The notes under the pieces were generated by a model that saw nothing but the letters and a program-made list of their open reading frames with translations, made no database searches and was not told the DNA's origin. Shown here in pieces: positions 13,331-24,034 of a DNA stretch of 64,000 nt. Source of the stretch: Azolla caroliniana (lineage: Eukaryota > Plantae > Polypodiophyta); the NCBI GenBank assembly GCA_043228905.1, contig JBHGNT010000014.1:19716001-19780000 (forward strand). The letters are read 5' to 3'. Made by a program: the position numbers and the translations under genes. Positions within the stretch are counted from its first letter, which is position 1, and every line of letters starts with the position of its first letter.

Positions 13331-15008
13331 GTTTTGAGCCATGAACTTTTTCCTTGTTTTAGATAATGATGCACGACTGGTGCCTAGCTGAAAATATTAT
13401 GTTCATGTAGCACCACTTGTTGCGGTAAATAAAGTTATGGCTTCAACGATTCTCTGACGAAATATATCCAATTTCTTTCACCTGTCTATTAGTTTTTCTT
13501 TATAGAAAACTCTAGGGTATAGAACGAGGCGTCAAACTTGTCGTGAAGCCCCCATGGGAATCTTTGTATGCACATAACATAAAATCATCGACCATAAGAG
13601 AGATGGGAACACGTGTTCCTTGCTTTCTTATTCCTCAAAAGTTTCGATATTTGTTGTTGTAGGTATGTCTGTCTACCTATCCTTTTCCACTTAAAAACAC
13701 ACTCACACCTTAACTAGGTTTGTATCACACAACCGTAGCCTACTCACAATTGTAGCCCTACTCCTCCACGATGATTGTGTCTATATAGCTTACTACCTCA
13801 TTTGAAAATCCTCATAGAAATTTCATTGTGTGATCATGCCTTCCAATTAAATATGAATGTTTTCATTTCACTTTGTACAAAATATTGCTCAAGGATATGT
13901 ACCTGTGAAGTACGGCCTTGACATTGAAAACTATTTACTTTACTATAATTGTGTTTGCAAAAAAATAGGGAAACATCTCACATGTGAGAGTGTGTGACTC
14001 GAGTAACTTGCCATTCATAAAAGTCATGGAGTCAAGGTTTGTGCATCATTGTCCATCACATCTAGACTCCTTAGGTTTGATTCAAGGCATTGATTGGGCC
14101 ACATAAAAGGTGTGTTACTATTGGCTTCCTCAAGTTTGTGATGATCTTTTAGCCAATCCCATCTTGAAGTTTTTCATCCCTTACATGTCAATGACGAATC
14201 CTGCTAGTGGTATATTAACTATGTTGTCTATCATATTAAAGATAAAAAATTAAACAAGTTTGGAATTTGAGCATTAGAATTCAATTAAGTGTAAATGGGA
14301 TCACACATGGGTTTGGGGAGAGATAATAATCCATGGAAAACGTTAAGCACCGATATGCTTGCAATTATGGGCATGAAAGGCACATATCCACAACTCGTTG
14401 ACAAGAAAATGGTTTCAATTCGGAGGTGACCAATTAAATAATCAACCTCTACACAAATATGAGCATCAACTGGTTGTGGAATTCTGAAGATAGTTCCCAC
14501 TTTGTATGTAACAATGTTTGTGTCTTGTAGTTCTGTCAAGATGGACTCAATTATTTTTCAAGCTTCCTTTGTAGAGTCACAAACTACCAATGTACAACAT
14601 AGTAGTTATAATATTCTCACTTATTGCAATACCTTGTCTTTTAATTCACAGGTGGTGTTTAATCTTTTCACATCTATTTGTTTTGTATGGGTGTGACACA
14701 AGGCAACAGAGAACATATCGACTGAATCAATTGCATTAAATTAGTGCATTAAGAGTGTAACATTCCACTAGGATTTAATGCCATTATGGAATTAAAGGCC
14801 TTCTTCGCACCAAGAAATCGGAGTTTGTATCACTTTTTTGTAGTACTTCTAAAGCATAAGACAACCATTCGGTGCCCTAACTTTCACAGTAAGCGAGGAA
14901 CAAGCACCAAACATGAAAATTGGCATCACCTCTACCAACCCCATTCCACTTTGGAGATGATATTAATGACAACTAGTATTGCTACATTATTAATTAAGTA
15001 ATTAACAA

Positions 15009-15121
15009 ATATTGATCAAAGGGAGATTCCTTGATTTGTGTATAAGCCTCCTTGTGTAGTCTCTTTGTAATAATCCTTCATAAGTAATGGGAAAGTAGCT
15101 TCATTTTGAAAAAAGAAGAAG
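15009..15121 (+). mobile_element. Extremely 5'-truncated L1 insertion (3' UTR plus A-rich tail)
   Basis: Closely matches the 3' end of the L1 at 26183-26284 (gggagattcc..gtataagcctccttgt..tctctttgtaataatccttc..taatgggaaagtagcttcattttg + A tail). 13-bp TSD aagtaattaacaa at 14996-15008 and 15122-15134. Confidence 0.85.
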
Positions 15122-16217
15122 AAGTAATTAACAATAATTTATTTTTGAACTGATTAAAGGTGAAGCAAGCCATTAAATGCAATGATGAAGGACCTCAACA
15201 TAAACAAATGGGGCCAACGGCAATATAAGCAATTTTCAACCTATGTGAGGCATTTATTTTCATCCACCCTCTAATCATGGTTTATTTTCCTCTTTTGGAG
15301 GTCTTGAATCTTAACCTCCTATATCAATTGACAAACAATGTTATGAGCCGCTTTGTAAATTCAACAATAAAGCTATTAAAATGCAGTAGGATGCATGCGT
15401 CATTGGAAACCAATACTTCAATGGATTTCACAAAGGCTTCAAGCTTGTAAGAAAGAGGTGCACATTTCTAGACCTGGGTTTTTGTGAAAGGCATGTGCAT
15501 ATAACTAGGTTATGGGGTTTTGACAAGCTAGAAAAGGAGTCGGTCAAAAGTAGAAGAAAGCAAGCTGAAGGCAATAAGATTTCAAAGATAATTTTTTTAT
15601 GTGCTTCCATTGAAAGAAGTATGAGCAAGGCAATATAGTAATAGCCTTCTGGTGTTTTGTTCTTAATAATGTTTGAAGAAAATCGTTTATAAAAAAAGAA
15701 AGTAATAGTCAATAAAATGTTATGTGCTTGGATTCAGTGAAATATAAACAAGGCAATAACACTCAGAAACATGTTATAACTTATGAGCTTCAATTCAACG
15801 AAGTATGAACGAGGAATTGATCAGTTTTTGACTATCTCCACGACATATAAGAACCAAGCGAACAATGACAAAACATCTTAATTATTGGGGGGGGGGAGGG
15901 GTGTCCTAGGCTATAATCGAGGATCCCCCAATACTTGATTCCGTGATGAATGTCCATGCATTGGCCGGGGGTGTCCGCCAGCCAACAAAGGCTGATCTCG
16001 TGGACGAGACGGGACGATCTAAAACAAGCTCTCTAGAAATCCGGACATTGTGTGTGTGTGTCTCTCTCTCATTGTCTCATGGGCCAAATTTGGTCTTAGA
16101 AGACCTTCGTTAATATATCTTTCTCTCCCCATCAGGTCCTTTTTTGCAATCAACCAATCCGTCCGTCCGTCCGTCCGTCCATCCAATTCAGGCCATTTCT
16201 TTGAATTCGGTCCGCCC

Positions 16218-16329
16218 GCCACGTGGCATTCCGTGCCATGGCCGCCACGCGGCAGGCGGGCGTACATCCCCAGGCTGGCGGGAAGGCCGCCACGTGGACG
16301 GGTGGGCCGATAAGATCGTGACACGTCAC
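16218..16329 (+). promoter_or_regulatory. G-box/ABRE/I-box cluster in a GC-rich patch upstream of the CRF-like gene
   Basis: GCCACGTGGC 16218-16227, GCCACGTGG 16289-16297, GATAAG 16309-16314, GACACGT 16320-16326 (ACGTGTC on -). Followed by a CT-rich, 5'UTR-like stretch. Confidence 0.6.
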
Positions 16330-16494
16330 CATCGTCTTTTCCATTCTGTCATTCTCCCAGACACACTCACAGTCTCTGTTTGTCTGTTGGTTCCACAGAG
16401 CGACTCGCAGAGCACGAGAATAAACAGAACCCTAACTAAAGACCGCCATAGCCAGATAGCTCTAGCTTCCTTGTAATCATACCTACCCACGCCT

Positions 16495-16531
<37 letters not shown>

Positions 16532-17099
16532 CTCTGCACAGACCGAGACACTGAGAAAAAACAAACCCTAGTAAAGAAAACAGCCGCCATAGAGCCAACC
16601 AGCCAGCTTCAACAAACTTCAAAGTAACATCGCCATCGCCATCGCCATCGCCATCGCCGTCCCCAAATAAAGAATAGGCCTTTCTCTTCCCTTCTCTTCT
16701 CTTCTTCACTCTAGCCAATGGTAATGCGGCTCTAAGTTCTCTCCCTCCTAGACCTCTCGCAGAAGAAGAAGAAACAATCTATTCGCTAGAGCTTCTTCTT
16801 TCTTCTCCGTCTCTGTAGAAATAAAGAAAAGAAAACTCTGCTCTCTTTAGGCACAGAGAATAGGAGTCGTCCTAAGATAGCCATAGCCAAATAGGCCCGT
16901 TCGACTTCCTCTCCGTCTCTGTAGAAATAGAGAAAAGAAACTCTACAATCTCCATAGCCAAATAGCTTCTTTTACCTGTTTCTTCTTCTTCATCTTCTTC
17001 TTCTTGTCGATCCCTCTCTGGTTTCTGTTAATCTCGATTTCCTAATCTCTACTCGTTTTCAAGTTCTATCTCTCTATCTATTTCCTTCTCTGAGTATTA

Positions 17100-18797
17100 A
17101 TGCATTATGACAATATGATGGCGAGTCTTGGTCAAGACAGAATGAATAAGGCCTCCATTGAACCTGCCGAATCTCATCCTCATCCTCGTCAATATGATGA
17201 AACCCTAACTATACATAACCCTCTGCTAAAGATTCGCCTCATCTGTACAGATCCTGATGCCACAGATTCTTCCAGCGATGAAGACGAAGACGAAGACGAA
17301 GTGTCTAGAAGAAGGGGAAGATTTCCATTGAAACGCATTATAAGGGAGATATATATTCCTGCGGATGAAAGTAACTCTGATTGTTTCAACTCATCAGCAG
17401 AAGCAACGATTTCGCCGCTGCCTCCTTATAACGTGGTTGAAGCTTCCACTGAGCCTTGCCTAAGATTTTCCCAGGCATTTCCGTGGTATGGATCATTAAA
17501 GAATGCAGATACTTCGAAGCAGGAGGAAATAGAGAAGAAGGTTGCAGGAAAGGGTAATGGAAAGGAGAAGAAGGATAGGCTTGATGGCGATGGCGATGGC
17601 CGAGTAACGAGCAAAACGAAGAAGTCTAGATCCAATGAACCAATACCGAGGGAGGGATCATCAAATGGAATTACAGTGAAGAGTGAAGGATCACCAAATG
17701 GATTTGCAGTGAAGAGTGAAGGATCACCAAGTGGATTTGCAGTGAAGAGTGAAGGATCACCAAGTGGATTTGCAGTGAAGAGTGAAGGATCACCAAATGG
17801 ATTTGCAGTGGGAAGAGAAAGATCATCAAATGGATTTGCAGCGAAAAGAGAAGGATCATCAAATGGATTTGCAGTGAAAAGAGAGGGATCATCAAATGGA
17901 TTCACGATGAAGAGAGGAAGAGGATCATCAGAAGGATTCATGGTGAGGAGGAAAGCATCATCAGATGGATCAAACATGAAGGAGCATCAGCATCAGAGAT
18001 CTCCTCCTCATTGTAGCGCGGAATCTCCATCGTCCGTCTTCGAGATCTCGGCCTTCATCGAGGATCCACTCGATCCTCTGCCCACATCACATGGATCAGG
18101 TACTACTTATCACCATCACCATCACCATCACCATCACCATCACCATCACCATCACCATCACCATCACCATCACCATCACCATCACCATCACCATCACCAT
18201 CAACATCACCACCACCACCATCATCATCCTATGCATTCATGCCTGTTGTGGATTGGGATCCCATTTTTGGAATTGCCTTCTTTCATGTCAAGCTAATCCA
18301 TCCCTTGTGTTCCAGTCTCATGGGGAGGTTGTTCCGGCGGGAGCTTCGCAGCTTCGCAAGACTACTACTACAATGCCTGCCCGCGTAGTAGTTTCGAAGA
18401 CTACGATGGGTTCAGATCAAAGACAAAGCTCCTCGACACAATGAATGTGGAGAATGTGTCGGATCTCGGATCAAAGACGAAGCTCCTCGACACAATGAAT
18501 GTGGAGAATGTGTCGGACCTCGATCTTATGGTGCCTCCTCCTCCTCCTCCTCCTCCTCCTCCGCTCCTCCCCTTCCCCCTCCCCTTCCCCGAAGACAACC
18601 TTTTTTGTAATCGAACGTTCCGCCTGATCGATGCCGACATGCCCCAAGGCCTCGGAACCTTTGGTCTGGTGGATTTGGACTTGGACGAGTTTGCGATGTT
18701 CCGTGATGACGGGGAAAACATTATGAATTGTTTCAACTTTGATCTTGATATGGAAGAGCTCTCATGGGTAAGTGTTCCACATGGATGCCCAGTATGA
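17100..18797 (+). CDS. CRF: Cytokinin Response Factor (CRF)-domain protein lacking the AP2/ERF domain; predicted exons 17100-18099 and 18316-18797 (493 aa)
   Basis: CRF signature KIRLICTDPDATDSSSDEDE..KRIIREIYI (17229-17357), SPSSVF motif (18024-18041), acidic/aromatic C-terminus FNFDLDMEELSWV. ORFs 17100-18296 and 18441-18797 are in the same frame. A CAG|GTACT...CTAAT...TTCCAG| intron (18100-18315) removes the only stop between them. Confidence 0.8.
17649..17981 (+). repeat. Coding minisatellite, about 10 x 33 bp (11-aa units of type SEGSPNGFAVK)
   Basis: Units such as agtgaaggatcaccaa(a/g)tggatttgcagtgaag, most homogeneous in the middle and degenerate at the ends. Confidence 0.95.
18111..18227 (+). 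repeat. (CACCAT)n microsatellite within the predicted CRF intron
   Basis: 15 perfect CACCAT units (18111-18200), then CAA and 8 further CAY triplets. Confidence 0.95.
18415..18522 (+). repeat. 54-bp in-frame tandem duplication (SKTKLLDTMNVENVSDL x2)
   Basis: gatcaaagac(a/g)aagctcctcgacacaatgaatgtggagaatgtgtcgga(t/c)ctcg occurs twice. Confidence 0.9.
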
Positions 18798-19609
18798 ATG
18801 GGATGTCTCCTTCAGGCGGAATTATATAAATTAAGATGGCATTGAATTATATTAAGTAATCTTATGTTGTAGGTTTTGCACATTAAGTCCTAAATATCAA
18901 TCCTAAACCTTAAAACCCCAATAGAAGAAAAATACCCCAATATCACATCATGTGGAGACCTTTGTACGCTGACTCATCAACACTACTATACCCTAAACCT
19001 TAGGAGTGAGCACATTCCAAGATTATATATTGAAGAGATTTTTATTTACTAAACCATGAGGAAGTCCCAAGGTTACATAGTTATATGAGTTCTTTGTCTC
19101 GAGAACTCTTTTTGTCCTTATTCCTATGTGTAATCAATCCGTGGGGGCAACTTGTAATTTTGTAAGATGTTTTGAATGTGAGCTATTAGACATTTGAGAT
19201 GAGTTCTTGAGCAATATAAATATTAAAACCATCTTACTCTGACAACCACCATTGTGGCGAATGAGTTCCTTCGGTGAACAAAGAAATTCAATGTGGCTTC
19301 GTCGTTCTAGTCGAATTGGAAGTTGATTGCTTTACTATTTCTTTGTTTCTCATGAGCATTCGTTCATAGTAGCATGTAACCCTTATGTTGGTTATAAGTA
19401 GGTGTGACATGTTGTAACCATCAATCCCCATATGTTTTAACTCTCTCTTGTAGATTCAATGATCAATGAACACATCTACATAAAAGTTATTAAACATGAA
19501 AATAAGTCAAGATGTGTATGGAAATCCTTACAAATAAATTGGACTTGGGTCAGATCCTTTAAGGTAAGAAAAGGTTTTATTTGATCTTTCCAATGTTGTG
19601 TGTCAACAT

Positions 19610-20005
19610 TAGCAATGGGCCCGGTTTTCGCTCAAACCGAACTGAACTGTTAAACCGTGGCTGAATGGTTTATTGGTTCGAAGATAAATAAACAGTTTGG
19701 TTTGGTTTCAAATGTTATTATTCGGTTCGGTTTGGTTTTGAATTTCATGGTTTAGCGGTTTATCACTGTCTGTTTATAGGTTAAAAAATATGTACTTCTA
19801 AATTTTCCCTATAACTTTGAACTTTCAATTTTAAACTTATTAAATTTGATATGCATTACATGTAAAATTTCCTTTTCATTTATGATGATCAAATTTATGA
19901 TAAGTACATATGATGAACAAATTTATGATGATTTTCTCACACAAATTTTAATAAGTATGATGATCAATATCCGTCAAAAAAGGTTTGGTTTGGTTTGGTT
20001 TGAAT
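19610..20005. mobile_element. Degenerate hAT-type MITE remnant
   Basis: Begins TAG and carries aaaccg/cggtt/ggtttggtt arrays like the 12530 element. No right TIR or TSD found. Confidence 0.35.
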
Positions 20006-20817
20006 TTATGATAAACTTGAATTCCCATTGTTTGTTAATCCAATCTACCATCCATGTGTTACTAATAAGACATTGACACACGTAATTTGTTGTGACTTTG
20101 GCTGGCAAGTTTTTATGACCCTCCAAATGACCAATCTAACTCATACATAACCTAAAGCAAATATGGAATTGGGGTTTGCAAGTTATAAAGTAGTCGTAAC
20201 TAAGACCATGAATCTTGATGATCGATAGGGATACAAAACCTTGATCTAGCTATTCTAAATTCTAGAATTCTTCTTTGGGATTCTTATACACCATCCCCTA
20301 TAGTAACTCAACCAAATCACCCACACAATCACATTGTCCTCTAAGAGTTTGTGTACACTCCCATCCCAACACTCAAGATAAATACTGACACCTCAAGTTG
20401 CAAGGAAATTGAGTTTTCTCTTTTCGGTGGAAGGGGACCACCCCAAATACTTCAATATACTTTGCCATGACCTCACTAGACGGTGAAGGATCACTAACCC
20501 AATACATTTGTCTTGCCTATAACTGTTAATAACATGCCACAAAGAACTTGTAATCTTTGTGTTAACATGTTGAATACCATCTTTCTCTATGAAAGAATCC
20601 AACAATTTTGGCCCATTGTTGTTGGGCCTCAAACATGGCTTTGTAATGTTATATCGTGAGGCTCTTAAAAAACAAAATTTGATAATTTGTTAATGGTTGT
20701 GCAATGCTAGATTTGCCATATGATATTGAAAGTCCTATCGCCTCTTTGTCTCATGACCATACTGTCCAATTATCACTATTGGATATGTGACAATAGAAAA
20801 GGGCATCCTTGTTTGAC

Positions 20818-21065
20818 ATTAAGATTGGCATGATATATAAAACCCTCTCCCAATGTGCATATCAACCTTGACATACATTCACCAAATCCGAGGTGAGACA
20901 TCAACGCTTTCACAAATGGCCAATTCACATTACCGTATGCACAATTAAGATTGACATGCTATATAGAACCCTCTCCCAATGTGCATATCAACCTCGATAT
21001 ACATTCACCAAACCTAAGGTGAGACATCAACGCTTTCACAAATGGCCAATTCACATTACCGTATG
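20818..21065. repeat. ~122-bp tandem duplication (126-bp period)
   Basis: attaagattg..aaccctctcccaatgtgcatatcaacc..gtgagacatcaacgctttcacaaatggccaattcacattaccgtatg at 20818 and 20944. Confidence 0.9.
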
Positions 21066-24034
21066 TGTTTTCAAGATCTAACTCACCATATTCTTTTCTC
21101 TTGGTTTTTCTCCTTGCCATAGTCCCTAGTACCTACCCATGTATACATCAAGAATATTGAGTAGGATCTTCCTTCTACATACAAATCCATCTTGGGATTT
21201 GTCAATAATTATAGGGATAAAATCTTGCAACCTATTAGCAAAAATGACATTGGCATATATATCTTATATACTTTGCCAATTATTAAATTGGTTGCCAATG
21301 AGTAAACGATGATGGAGAGGGACTTTTGACATCAACTTTATTAATACATTCATTCATGATCTGGGTGTGATGTTCAGCAATAAAAGCCTCCTTTCCTATG
21401 AACTTTTTCTCAAGGTGATGTGTTAATTATGGCATATGTGGAATGCTTTTGTTATTTATGCCGGATATGGAGTTCAAAGTTACATTCAATGTTTAAAAGG
21501 TAATGTCCTATGTATATTTGAATTAAAACACCTTGAATAAAGCAATCAACTATGTTCGTGGAGGACACCAAAATTGGGACCACACTCCATTTCCTAGTTA
21601 GCGATGATTTTCAACATCTTAGTGTATTGTCATTAGTGGGGAACATGCCGAATTAAGCTTTCCAAATTGTAGAAATGCTCGAAAGGATGTTAAAAATACT
21701 TGCACTGCACTTTGCATTGGTGTCTTCGAAAGGTTATTTTTAATAATTGCAAACACCTGAGGATTATTGGACAAAACTCACATATACAAAGATAAAAACG
21801 TGCATAATCCCATTAATAAGGATTTGTGGTACCTATCATAAGTGCAAGAAAGAAGTATATGAACCGAGTTCATAAAATCAACGATATTGTTGGGAGGGTG
21901 TCAATTGATATGGGAATGGTGGCATTTGTATATTTAAGCTAATCCATTGATGAACCCAAACATATAGTATTCAAAAGATGACATTCTAAAAACTTCTCCA
22001 ATGCACATTCATGAATTTTAGTTAGTGAACGCATTGACCTAAATGTTTCGTGTAGGAATCCTAGCCTTTTTTTTTTTTTGAAAGTTTGATCTCACACATC
22101 ATGAAGCATGGCAAGCTAGTGGCATTTGTAGTTTGCATAGAAATGATTTTGTTGGGGAATCACAAAAGGGCAAATTGCTATAATGCAAAGATAAGTGAAA
22201 AAAATCCTATTCTCTAAGAGGAAGATCACGATAAATTAAACCTCATCATTATTCATGTTTAACTAATATTAGTATTTATAATGCTCCAAACAGTAAGCAC
22301 TTAGTAACATAATCATCTTGTTTAATTCAATTCAAATTCATGAACTTTACCCAATTCCAACACATTGTTCATGCCCAATTACGCATCGGGTGAAACGGAA
22401 CTCTCATACAATATACTTGATTAAAGGGAAAATAAATTATTGAACTCTTATGGATTGGTTGGGGGCCGGGGGATTGATATTTTGAGAATTACAAGGGCCA
22501 TAATCAAGGTTATCATTTGCATGAGGGGTGTTTTTTTACATTGCCGCACAATATTTACCTTGGCTAAGATATTTGAGGTTTTAAATGCTAACGTCCAATT
22601 GGTACACTTTCAAACAATTGTCAGTACCCATCGATCTCCCTGTTTTGAAAGAGTCATGTTTATGTACTACATTATTACATACATTGTCATATTTAATTTA
22701 ATTGGGAAGAATGGAAAATGATATTCTACTTTGTGATCTTAACAATCTCGACTCACACACTTTATACATGACCTATGGGACCAAAGTGACATGTGGGAGA
22801 TTTTTATTGATGAATGTTGTGATTGAGACAAAAATTTGTGTAGGGATAGATTAGGGTTGAAAAAGTAGGGAAAGCAATGTTGGATAGTGGAACATTATAA
22901 TGCGTTGGGGATTATGAATGGTGAAAATTTCTATCTAGTAATGGATCGTATGTGGTAAATTGATAATCAAGTTCCTATTCAATCTTCAAACATTGACGTT
23001 ATCAAGAAAAGGAAAGAGGACATTTCCTCTAAATTTGAATTAGATAGGACATATCTCATTATGAATCACGTTAACATCCTCATACATTGACGTTTGCCAT
23101 TATAATGGAAAAAACAACAAAACATTGATCTTGTGATGGATGCAAGGGCAATCACTTTTTTTCTAATTATGAATCATAAGAATGTAACCAATAGGTATCA
23201 ATAATCCATAAACATTGTTCCACCATGAATGTAAATATGAACATTAATCTTTTTGTCATTGCATATAGATGCTCAACATGAGTTGCTCTTGTTTTTTGCT
23301 CCATGTCATGTGGCATACTTGTCCTTGCTTGAAAAAATGTTGGCTTAATATCCAATAATAGATGGTTACTAACAAAAGCTAGTTATAATAACAACAAATA
23401 GATGTACATAATCTATATATCAACTAGAATGTCAAGGAAATTTGATAATTAGAAATAGAGAGACATTACACTAGAGTTAATATTTAAATACGTAGTAAAG
23501 TTAGATTTGATAAAGTGATTTATGTGACAAAGTGCTACTTGAAAATAACTAGAAAAAAACAAGGGAAACTTTGATTGGGGAAATACCACGATGTAAATGA
23601 GAGTACTAAGGGTCTATAGGGTCAATATATCATATCATCTCCCACAATGAGGGGCAAATTTGATATTTCCCATTAAACTAGAGGCATTGGAGTCAATGTA
23701 TTGTGTGAATAATTAAGATTTTAAGGTTTAGAACTCATAAATCACATGTGGGAATTTAAAAAGATGCATCTTTGCTATCGCGATTTCCGAAGATTTTTCT
23801 TTTCGTGTTTTTGAAAAGTTGATCCTCTAAGGACTCTCTAGGAGTTTGTTTTCAAAGGACCGTCATTTTCAAAGAAGAAAATGATCTTTGGTCTTCATAC
23901 TTAACACATGGCTAAACAAACAAAAGAACTTGAGAAAACAAAATAATGTAAAATGCGTATGTGAAGAAGACTATTTTGTATCCATAAATATCAAAAGTTC
24001 ACTAGGCCTTACATGTGTAAATCAATATGATATG

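Noticed and set aside
13400-14990. Coding-like but stop-riddled stretches (also 1500-3600, 8670-9050, 20200-23400, 60400-62100, 63000-64000)
   Set aside because: Probably very old TE remnants, but no diagnostic motif, TIR or TSD could be identified by eye; needs a repeat-library or HMM search.
16718-16735. ATG CGG CTC (MRL) as the conserved peptide uORF known upstream of some angiosperm CRFs
   Set aside because: A stop follows after three codons with no further similarity; ATG|GTAATG could equally be a 5' UTR splice donor.
17426-17977. Antisense 183-aa repeat ORF (DPSLFTANPF)n
   Set aside because: Mirror of the 33-bp coding repeat; the sense frame carries the CRF motifs.
17649-17981. 33-bp array as a CRISPR-like repeat
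   Set aside because: Head-to-tail units without unique spacers, inside a eukaryotic ORF, and no cas genes.
18091-18444. ORF with an (IT)n run
   Set aside because: Alternative frame of the CACCAT microsatellite.
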